DNA from: Candidatus Hodarchaeota archaeon
Lineage (GTDB): Archaea; Asgardarchaeota; Heimdallarchaeia; Hodarchaeales; Hodarchaeaceae
Assembly (NCBI GenBank): GCA_016839785.1
Contig: JAEOTQ010000180.1
Coordinates: forward strand, 1-16,417
Reading direction: 5' to 3'
Length of the DNA stretch: 16,417 nt
The translations under genes and the position numbers were made by a program. Each line of letters begins with the position of its first letter. The stretch's first letter is position 1. Positions 8,989 to 15,787 of this stretch are shown here, one piece after another. The notes under the pieces were generated by a model, which made no database searches, was not told the origin of the DNA, and worked only from the letters and a program-made list of their open reading frames with translations.

Positions 8989-9522
8989 ATGAGTGACGAT
9001 GTTCGTTTATGGAAAATTGTTTTAGCAGGCGATGGAGCTGTTGGAAAAACATCCCTACGCAAGCAATATTTAGGTTTAGGATTCGAAACTGACTATTTGA
9101 GTACGATGGGAGCAGATTTTGCCCTTCACGATACAACCGTTAATGATACCCATATAAGATGGCAAATATGGGATTTAGCTGGGCAACCAATGTTCAAAGA
9201 TGTCGTACAAGCTTATTATACGAAAATTTTTGGTGGTGTTATAGTTTATGATGTAACACGCCGTCAAACATTTGATAATGTAGAAAAGTGGTCAAATGAT
9301 ATGTGGAAAAACTCTGGACGTGACAGAAATGTCCCTATTGTCCTTCTTGCTAATAAAATAGACTTACGTGAAGAGGGTGCAGAAACTGTTTCGTCAGATG
9401 AGGGGAAAAAACTAGCAGAGAAGCTCGGAGTTCCATTTATTGAAACCAGTGCGAAATCGGGTGAAGGTGTAGACGCCGCATTTGAAACACTAGGAAAAAG
9501 TATAATGGATTATACCTCATAA
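8989..9522 (+). CDS. Rab-like small GTPase (Ras superfamily)
   Basis: G1 GDGAVGKT, G2 YLSTMGADF, G3 QIWDLAGQ, G4 NKID, G5 ETSAK, plus YY and IVYDVT Rab-type motifs. SD AGGTGA at 8978-8983. Confidence 0.95.
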   Translation: MSDDVRLWKIVLAGDGAVGKTSLRKQYLGLGFETDYLSTMGADFALHDTTVNDTHIRWQIWDLAGQPMFKDVVQAYYTKIFGGVIVYDVTRRQTFDNVEKWSNDMWKNSGRDRNVPIVLLANKIDLREEGAETVSSDEGKKLAEKLGVPFIETSAKSGEGVDAAFETLGKSIMDYTS

Positions 9523-9607
9523 GTGGTTCATTAATAATCTACCATACTCTACCATAAGACTGGAACGTATGAGAAGCAAGAGAGCTGCTTTTCCCAATCC
9601 CTCCTAA

Positions 9608-9614
9608 TTTTTTT
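9608..9614 (+). terminator. Oligo-T terminator of the GTPase transcript
   Basis: T7 tract in the gap between convergent genes. Confidence 0.4.
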
Positions 9615-9615
9615 C

Positions 9616-10065
9616 CTAACTCTGATTTGCGGGTCTGAAAACTACATTTCTAGACTTGTCAGGAGTAGTTCCATAAGTTTTAAGCAATAAGTTTCTCTGA
9701 TGAAGTTCATTAAGATATTGGCTGGTAGTACTTCTACTTCGGCCAATCCTATCTGCAACTTCCTGCGTAGTTAGAGGTCGGGGAGCTTCAGCAAGAACAT
9801 CATACGCCCTTTTTAACATTTCATCTTTATTGTCAAAGTTAACTTGGGGGGTAGCTCTTGGATCTTGTGAGTCTGAAACCGTTACAGTTGAAATTTCTTG
9901 ATGAGGAGATCCCTCTAAAATCGACAATCTTCGATCCATGATATTTATCTGATCACAAACCGAATTTAGGGAAGTAACAAGCGGTTCTAGTTTCTCTTCC
10001 AACTTCTTTTCTAGAAGAAGACTTATCTCTTCTAAGATGGTAGAATTTTTTTCTGAAGAATTCAT
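9616..10065 (-). CDS. Coiled-coil + winged helix-turn-helix protein (putative transcription regulator)
   Basis: N-terminal heptads (LEEKLEPLVTSLNSVCDQINIMDRRLSILE), a linker, then PLTTQEVADRIGRSRSTTSQYLNELHQRNLL. AGGAG SD at 10080-10076 supports ATG 10065 rather than 10197. Confidence 0.85.
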   Translation of the reverse strand: MNSSEKNSTILEEISLLLEKKLEEKLEPLVTSLNSVCDQINIMDRRLSILEGSPHQEISTVTVSDSQDPRATPQVNFDNKDEMLKRAYDVLAEAPRPLTTQEVADRIGRSRSTTSQYLNELHQRNLLLKTYGTTPDKSRNVVFRPANQS

Positions 10066-10452
10066 TAAGTTAATTCTCCTAATGAAGCTCAGATTCAATT
10101 CAAATAAAAGCATTGACCTTTCAGAACTGAGGAAATTATCCACCGGTAGGTGTTGTTGAAAAAAAGATGACAAAATCTGAAATTCTGTATCCCTCAATTC
10201 TAAAAAACACCATTCCCATATCAGAGAAATTTAGGTTCCCAGAAATTTAGTAAAAAATGAATTATTGATTGATACTGAACAGATTCACACATTCAAAAAA
10301 TGAATAGCTGAATCTTAAGACTTATTACCAATTAGAGCACATGCTTTGTTACTTTCTTCTAAAGATTTAAAATTACGTATTCATTCGAGACTACAACAAC
10401 TGAACTCATATTTTTAGTCTAAAAACTGAACAAATTTGGGACTAGATTAAAA

Positions 10453-10468
10453 GCAAAAGGTTTTAAGG
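10453..10468 (+). promoter_or_regulatory. Putative BRE + TATA box for the Roadblock operon
   Basis: Purine-rich GCAAAAGG followed by TTTTAAGG about 30 nt before ATG 10499, which has no SD. Consistent with a short-leader archaeal transcript. Confidence 0.45.
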
Positions 10469-10498
10469 AATGATTAGTAGATTGGATAATGATTAACA

Positions 10499-10849
10499 AT
10501 GTCCCAAGGTGCAGGTTATTTATCACATCAAGCGCTTGAAAAAGTAATAGAGTCCGTTGGGAAACACAAGGGAGTATATGGAGCAGTACTAAGCGATACT
10601 GATGGATTACCGTTACAATCGAGTCTTCCTGGTGAAGATACAGAGAGAGTTTCTGCTCATGTTGCTTCTCTTGTAGGAAAAGTAAAGGTTATTTCAAAAG
10701 AAATTTCTCAAGAGATTGCTCGAAGCATCCGACTTGAATTAGAAGTTGGTGACGTAGAGATTATACCTGATTATGATTCTGAGATTATTATCATAGCGCT
10801 AGTTAAACGAGAGAGTAGTCAAATGACACTCACTTCGAAAGATAAGTAA
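10499..10849 (+). CDS. Roadblock/LC7 domain protein
   Basis: GVYGAVLSDTDGLPLQS, a long second helix and a three-strand C-terminus (IRLEL..VEIIPD..IIIALV). Confidence 0.92.
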   Translation: MSQGAGYLSHQALEKVIESVGKHKGVYGAVLSDTDGLPLQSSLPGEDTERVSAHVASLVGKVKVISKEISQEIARSIRLELEVGDVEIIPDYDSEIIIIALVKRESSQMTLTSKDK

Positions 10850-10866
10850 AAATAGGTGAATGAAAA

Positions 10867-11184
10867 ATGTCCGGTGAAGAATACGTCATTCCTTCAGTGT
10901 TACAAAACACTATTAAAAGACTGGCCGCAAGACAAGGTGTGCGCGGAATTCTAGTTTGCGATGAAGATGGTTTACCTCTAAAAAGCAACTTACCTCAATC
11001 TGATGCAGAACGCGTCTCTGCTCATGTTGCTTCGCTTGTAAAGAAGGTACGAAGTGTCTCAGATGCATTAGATCATGGGAAATTGCAAAGTGTCTATGTT
11101 GAAATGCCCAAATCAGAGATTATCATTACTCCTGATGAAGCTGCAGGTTTCACAATCGTCGTTCTCAAAGATAGATCATATTAA
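10867..11184 (+). CDS. Roadblock/LC7 domain protein (dynein light chain roadblock-like)
   Basis: TIKRL..QGVRGILVCDEDGLPLKS...EIIITPD. SD AGGTGA at 10854-10859. Lies 17 nt after the previous paralogue. Confidence 0.93.
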   Translation: MSGEEYVIPSVLQNTIKRLAARQGVRGILVCDEDGLPLKSNLPQSDAERVSAHVASLVKKVRSVSDALDHGKLQSVYVEMPKSEIIITPDEAAGFTIVVLKDRSY

Positions 11185-11199
11185 ATCTTTGTGTTGTTG

Positions 11200-11215
11200 T
11201 TTTTTTTTGGTTTTT
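11200..11215 (+). terminator. Oligo-T terminator after the Roadblock pair
   Basis: T9-GG-T5 starting 16 nt after the stop. Confidence 0.55.
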
Positions 11216-11414
11216 AAGCAAAAATATCTGTTATTTAAAAATTTGTTTTCATTTTCTAGATTAGGGAAGGCTAAAATCGAAGAAATCGAAGAAATCTAAA
11301 CTCTACTGAAAATATCCTCAATATTGGTACATTTTTGAATACCACAAAACAATCCTTTTCTTGAGGATGTGAATAATACGAATATCAGTAAGATATCTGT
11401 ATATTCATACGAAG

Positions 11415-12278
11415 ATGGTTTTAATGGGTCAAAATGAGAATTCACCTGTAATGAAATATTGTGGGAATTGTGGTAAGGAATTAATTGCAAATGCAACCTT
11501 TTGTGCTTATTGCGGTGCTCCGATACCAAAAGCCGGAGATCTATTCCCTTCACAAGGTAGTACTCCATATGTCGTGATAAAAACACCTGAAATTACCCCT
11601 CGTCGACCGTTTTTAGACAATTTTCGTGGTGCACTCCTCACCCCTAAAATAAAAATGCCCCAAATCGCTTCTTCTCCGAATTATTCTCAACCATTATTAG
11701 TCAATTTAATCGTAGGCTTTCTCACGGTCATAGGACTTATGATCTTTTTCAGTAAGTATGAGATTATCTTTTCTGAATCATTTTTTTCTTTCCTTCCTAC
11801 TAATGAAACCGATATCACGGAGTTTATGGATCTTTACAAAGTATTATTGCCAATTTCCTCACCAATTTCAACCTTAATCAATTGGTTAATATTGAGTTTA
11901 CTTTTGTGGTTATTACATGCGATTTTTGCCTCCGATCTAAATTCAAATGCAAGAAATTTCAAAACAATGGCAACAATTGTAGGTTGGGCACAAATTCCTA
12001 TGATATTCAATCAGGTCATTACTATTATCTATAATCTATTCTTTCTCTCTAAAGGGGGTCAGGTGGTGTTTCGTTCAATAGGAGAAATGGAAATTAGTGC
12101 CCCAGGAGGAGGAACGGACGTTCCATTTGATACATTCCTTTTGGGAATTGAGATAATATTAATTCTGTGGAGTTTAGTGTTAATATACTACGCTATTAAA
12201 TCATTGGGATCATTTAAATCCAATCCAATTGTAATTTGTGCAATATTTGGAGTATTGAGCCTCCTACTACCAATCTGA
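11415..12278 (+). CDS. Zinc-ribbon + Yip1-domain membrane protein
   Basis: YCGNCG-x7-FCAYCG, then ALLTP...PLL, about five TM helices, FKTMATIVGWAQIP and LWSLVLIYYAIK, as in prokaryotic Yip1 domains. Exact start uncertain (11415, 11424 or 11451). Confidence 0.8.
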   Translation: MVLMGQNENSPVMKYCGNCGKELIANATFCAYCGAPIPKAGDLFPSQGSTPYVVIKTPEITPRRPFLDNFRGALLTPKIKMPQIASSPNYSQPLLVNLIVGFLTVIGLMIFFSKYEIIFSESFFSFLPTNETDITEFMDLYKVLLPISSPISTLINWLILSLLLWLLHAIFASDLNSNARNFKTMATIVGWAQIPMIFNQVITIIYNLFFLSKGGQVVFRSIGEMEISAPGGGTDVPFDTFLLGIEIILILWSLVLIYYAIKSLGSFKSNPIVICAIFGVLSLLLPI

Positions 12279-12294
12279 AATCACCCATAACAAT

Positions 12295-13008
12295 TTACTT
12301 TATACTACGGGGTTTATAGTGGATTTTCAAGTTTAACCAAATCATGTCTCCATATATTTTGTGATTCAGAATTTCGAAGAAAGGAGACTGGTCAAGAGAA
12401 TTCATTGCGTATGGCAAGGAAAAAAATGGTACTCCATTCCCTCCAAGAACTGGAGCGATTGAAACTTGAATCTCATCAATTAACTTTTCTGCGATCATAT
12501 TCCCGTTTAATTTACTTCCTCCTTCCAGCAATAGACTGTTTATCTTGTAATCCTTGTAGAGAATCATCATTAAATGCCTTAAATTCACTAATGGCCCCTC
12601 CCCGCATAATAATACTTCACATCCTTTTCTGAGGAATTCTTTCTTCTTGATGGACGAGCATTTCTTAGTGGTAGCAATAATTGTGGGAATATCTGGACGA
12701 AAAGTTATAATTCTAGAGTCAAGGGGGATCATTCCACTTGAAGTAACAACAATGCGTACGGGATTCTTGATGAGATGTCCTGACTCAAAATATTCAGGTT
12801 TTATTGTTAATTTTGAATCATCCGTTAAGATGGTTCCACTCCCTACCATGATGGCCTCATTTTCAGCTCTAAGATGATGGACTCGTCTCCAGTCTTCAGT
12901 ATTTGATAGATTATTATCTCCTGTTAAAGAAGCTATTTGACCATCAAGGGTTATTGCAGCAGATAACGTAATTTTTGGACGTTTTTCTCCATTATTATTC
13001 GAGACCAT
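12295..13008 (-). CDS. arfC: 2,5-diamino-6-(ribosylamino)-4(3H)-pyrimidinone 5'-phosphate reductase (stand-alone RibD C-terminal domain)
   Basis: RP-x-ITLSAAITLDGQI, VHHLRA..AIMVGSGTILTDD, PVRIVV, LLLEGGSKLN and IAPVLGG. No deaminase domain. Confidence 0.88.
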   Translation of the reverse strand: MVSNNNGEKRPKITLSAAITLDGQIASLTGDNNLSNTEDWRRVHHLRAENEAIMVGSGTILTDDSKLTIKPEYFESGHLIKNPVRIVVTSSGMIPLDSRIITFRPDIPTIIATTKKCSSIKKKEFLRKGCEVLLCGEGPLVNLRHLMMILYKDYKINSLLLEGGSKLNGNMIAEKLIDEIQVSIAPVLGGNGVPFFSLPYAMNSLDQSPFFEILNHKIYGDMIWLNLKIHYKPRSIK

Positions 13009-13120
13009 TCTTTATCAAACTTCGAAAATGTTGGGTAATTAGATAAGCTTATTGATCTCACAAAAGTTTTTTAGACCAAAAAAACCTCTTTTAGTAATAT
13101 ATTACAAAATTACAACAATA

Positions 13121-13128
13121 TTTTTATA
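13121..13128 (+). promoter_or_regulatory. Putative TATA box
   Basis: TTTTTATA about 30 nt before the start of the structured region at 13158. Confidence 0.45.
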
Positions 13129-13157
13129 CTCGAAAATTCAAGAATCAATTCCTTGTT

Positions 13158-13270
13158 AGGGTCCAATTACATTTGGATTCCATCATGGAAAGAATCCTGA
13201 AACGAAAGTTTCGGTGTGGTATAGCCTAGCTATATCGGAAAACAAGTCCAGCTTTGGAAGTTTTCCCCTC
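13158..13270 (+). ncRNA. Putative structured 5' leader RNA (multi-hairpin)
   Basis: Adjacent stems: GGGTCCAA/TTGGATTC, CTGAAAC-GAAA-GTTTCGG (GNRA loop), GGTATAGC/GCTATATC, and GGAAAAC/GTTTTCC with inner TCCA/TGGA. G-U pairs work only on the plus strand. Confidence 0.6.
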
Positions 13271-13294
13271 AAACAAAAAAAAGGAGGTAAAAAT

Positions 13295-13507
13295 ATGACA
13301 ATCGAAATTGAAGAAAATGTAGATTTACACCATCAAGCCGAGATGGAATTGGTTTGTCCCTGGTGCCACACAAACAGCATTAACACTATTGTCAACCATA
13401 GTACTTTACGTCTCAAATGTAATGAATGTGGTATGGACGCATTCGTCACCCGTATTCCTCGAGACAAGAAACTATCTGACTATATTTCACGTAGACTGAT
13501 TGCGTAA
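13295..13507 (+). CDS. Small zinc-ribbon protein (70 aa), Elf1-like
   Basis: Strong SD AGGAGGT at 13282-13288 then ATG 13295. CPWC-x17-CNEC(G) followed by a C-terminal helix. The 13214 start in the ORF track falls within RNA hairpins. Confidence 0.75.
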   Translation: MTIEIEENVDLHHQAEMELVCPWCHTNSINTIVNHSTLRLKCNECGMDAFVTRIPRDKKLSDYISRRLIA

Positions 13508-13510
13508 ATA

Positions 13511-13590
13511 AAAGGGAAAAAAGTGTACATTTCGGGAAGGAATAATTGAGATCGCTTAGGTTATCATTCGGAGATACTTTCTCCCCCTTT
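13511..13590 (+). other. Long imperfect hairpin in the 3' region between convergent genes
   Basis: Nested pairs AAAGGG/CCCTTT, AAAGTGT/ATACTTT, TTTCGGG/TTCGGAG, ATAA/TTAT, and TTGAG/CTTAG around an ATCG loop. Confidence 0.55.
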
Positions 13591-13606
13591 AGCGTCCTTA
13601 ATACCC

Positions 13607-14995
13607 TTAACTACTGATTGGTTCAAATAGTGCATTAAAGTGACGTAAGAGACCTGGGTCATAAGTCATTTTCAAACCCTTAATTTCCTCTTTTGATTTG
13701 TAGAGATCGATAATGGATTGACATACGTAATCGAGATGTTCTCTCGAATATACTCTTCGCGGTATGGCTAATCTAACTAATTCTAGATCAGGATAAACCC
13801 AAGTTTGATCCTCTTTTTGATGGGCAAACACTACTGATCCTAATTCAACTGATCTTATCCCGTATTTCTCATATAAAGCAATCGTAAGAGCCCAACCTGG
13901 AAATTGTGATTGGGGAATGTGTGGCAAGAATCTTAAGGCATCAAGATTAACAGAATGTCCTCCTACTGGTAATAAAACAGGAATGTTTGCCTTAACTAAG
14001 TTGTTGCCTAAATATTGGAGTTGTTGATATCGATAGCGTAAATAATCTTCAGAGAGAACCTCAGTTAAGCCCCTGGCTATTGCTTCGAGATCTCTTCCAG
14101 CTAGGCCTCCATACGTAGGAAATCCCTCTGTAATCACCATTCTCTCTTTTATACGATTATATGTGTCTTTGTTGTTGAGAGCAATAAAACCTCCAATATT
14201 AACTAAACCATCTTTCTTTGCACTCATCATACAACCGTCAGTGTAAGAAAACATCTTTTGAGCAATTTGCTTAGGAGTAAATTCTGAATATTCTTTTTCA
14301 CGTAATTTAATGAAATAGGCATTTTCAGCAAAACGTGCAGCATCTAAGAAGAGCGGAAGATTATGCTTTTTTGCTAGCTTTGAAACGTCTTCTATATTTC
14401 TCAAGGAAACAGGTTGTCCTCCTCCTGTATTATTTGTTACAGTCAGGATTATTACTCCTACATTTGAATTTTGATTGAGAAAATTTTCTAAAGCGTTTAT
14501 ATCCATGTTTCCCTTGAAATCATGATAGATAGATGTATTGTATGCCTCTGGAATAACCAAATCATGAGCTTTCGCCCCCATAGATTCAATGTTTGCTCTT
14601 GTCGTATCAAAAAATTGATTTGATACCGCTATTTTTGTTTTATCTAGATTCAGTGCGTAAAATACCAAATTTTCGGCACTTCGTCCTTGATGCGTGGGAA
14701 TGATGAACTCAAAGCCAGTTATTTCTTTTACCACAGAACGTAAATTGTAGAAATTCTTACATTGAGCATATGATTCGTCACCCAGCATTAAACCTGACCA
14801 TTGGTTATCTGACATTGCAGAAGTACCTGAATCCGTTAGCAAATCAATATAGACTTTTTCAGCAGGAATGTTAAATATATTATAACCTGCGGCTTTTAAA
14901 TACTCTTTTCGCTCTGCTAGAGTAGTTAATTGTATTGGTTCAACCATTTTAATTTTGAAAGGAGGCGGAGGGAGTGTATCATTAGTTTGAGACAT
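13607..14995 (-). CDS. tnaA: Tryptophanase (tryptophan indole-lyase)
   Basis: IDLLTDSGT, THQGR, FDTT, DAARFAENAYFI, PLP lysine motif MSAKKD, EGFPTYGGLAGRD and RLAIPRRVY. C-terminal LRHF, whereas tyrosine phenol-lyase has MSGKKD and LRFF. Confidence 0.92.
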   Translation of the reverse strand: MSQTNDTLPPPPFKIKMVEPIQLTTLAERKEYLKAAGYNIFNIPAEKVYIDLLTDSGTSAMSDNQWSGLMLGDESYAQCKNFYNLRSVVKEITGFEFIIPTHQGRSAENLVFYALNLDKTKIAVSNQFFDTTRANIESMGAKAHDLVIPEAYNTSIYHDFKGNMDINALENFLNQNSNVGVIILTVTNNTGGGQPVSLRNIEDVSKLAKKHNLPLFLDAARFAENAYFIKLREKEYSEFTPKQIAQKMFSYTDGCMMSAKKDGLVNIGGFIALNNKDTYNRIKERMVITEGFPTYGGLAGRDLEAIARGLTEVLSEDYLRYRYQQLQYLGNNLVKANIPVLLPVGGHSVNLDALRFLPHIPQSQFPGWALTIALYEKYGIRSVELGSVVFAHQKEDQTWVYPDLELVRLAIPRRVYSREHLDYVCQSIIDLYKSKEEIKGLKMTYDPGLLRHFNALFEPISS

Positions 14996-15157
14996 GAATT
15001 ATCATTCCTATGGATTTCATATTAAAATTAACTGCAATATTTCTCTTCGTTTTGTGAATGACAAAGAAAGATAAACAAAGGAAATATAAAAATTATTGCA
15101 TTTGTAGTAGAAGGACTTACTTATGTCTTTTTAATATTTTTTAGCTATCTGGTTGTT

Positions 15158-15781
15158 ATGGCAGAATCTTTCCCCCAATTTATCCTCGCAAGTAATTCTC
15201 CAGCTCGGGCGCGTGTTCTCTCTCAAATTAACTTAGAATATCATATCATTCCAAGTGAAATAAATGAAACATTATCTATGGAAACTCCAGAATCTTATGT
15301 AACCGAACTTTCACTTAAAAAAGCTAAAACTGTAGGTGAAAGGATTAAATCTAGGTACACGAGATATATCGTTCTAGGTTGTGATACAATTGTGATTGAT
15401 CCCTTGAATCAAATAATTGGAAAACCAATGGATAGGTTACATGCGAAGCAAATGCTTGTTTCACTTTCAGGAAAATGCCATCATGTGCTTACAGGTTGTA
15501 CTATAATAGTCTATCCTTCAGAAGAGACATATCAGCAAGTAATTTCTACTGAAGTTGAATTTCGTAATCTTTCCAGTGACGAAATCGAGTTTTACTTATC
15601 AAATAATGAATGGATGGGAAAAGCGGGAGCATATGCAATACAAGGTATTGGAAGTTTGCTAATTAAGGAAATAAGAGGAGATTATTATAATGTGGTAGGT
15701 CTACCGGTACATTGGGTATGGCAAACTCTTCTAAATCATTATAATAAAGTATTTCTTGAAACAGTTGGAAAAAAGGGGTAA
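15158..15781 (+). CDS. maf: Maf family nucleoside triphosphate pyrophosphatase (YhdE-like)
   Basis: ILASNSPAR, LSLKKA, GCDTIV, IIGKP, LSGKCHHVLTG, GKAGAYAIQG and GDYYNVVGLP. Confidence 0.95.
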   Translation: MAESFPQFILASNSPARARVLSQINLEYHIIPSEINETLSMETPESYVTELSLKKAKTVGERIKSRYTRYIVLGCDTIVIDPLNQIIGKPMDRLHAKQMLVSLSGKCHHVLTGCTIIVYPSEETYQQVISTEVEFRNLSSDEIEFYLSNNEWMGKAGAYAIQGIGSLLIKEIRGDYYNVVGLPVHWVWQTLLNHYNKVFLETVGKKG

Positions 15782-15787
15782 CAAAGA

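Noticed and set aside
9539-9556. Tandem CTACCATA repeat after the GTPase gene
   Set aside because: Only two 8-nt copies; not a CRISPR array and compatible with chance.
10066-10197. N-terminal extension of the wHTH ORF in the track
   Set aside because: Non-ATG start, and a good SD lies directly before ATG 10065.
11075-11586. ORFs 11075-11299 (+) and 11296-11586 (-)
   Set aside because: They overlap the Roadblock and Yip1 genes, the first reads through a T-tract terminator, and neither has protein-like features.
12405-12877. Plus-strand ORFs 12405-12632 and 12647-12877
   Set aside because: Antisense to arfC.
13158-13270. FMN riboswitch, suggested by the neighbouring flavin gene and GGTATAGCC
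   Set aside because: It is on the opposite strand to arfC and lacks the conserved GGGCAGGGTGAAATTCCC and GGATGGGAG segments.
13511-13590. SECIS element
   Set aside because: No AUGA/GA quartet in register, and no in-frame TGA in either flanking gene.
13607-14995. Tyrosine phenol-lyase call
   Set aside because: SAKKD and LRHF match tryptophanase rather than TPL.
14996-15157. TnaC-like leader peptide upstream of tnaA
   Set aside because: No short Trp-containing ORF found on the minus strand.
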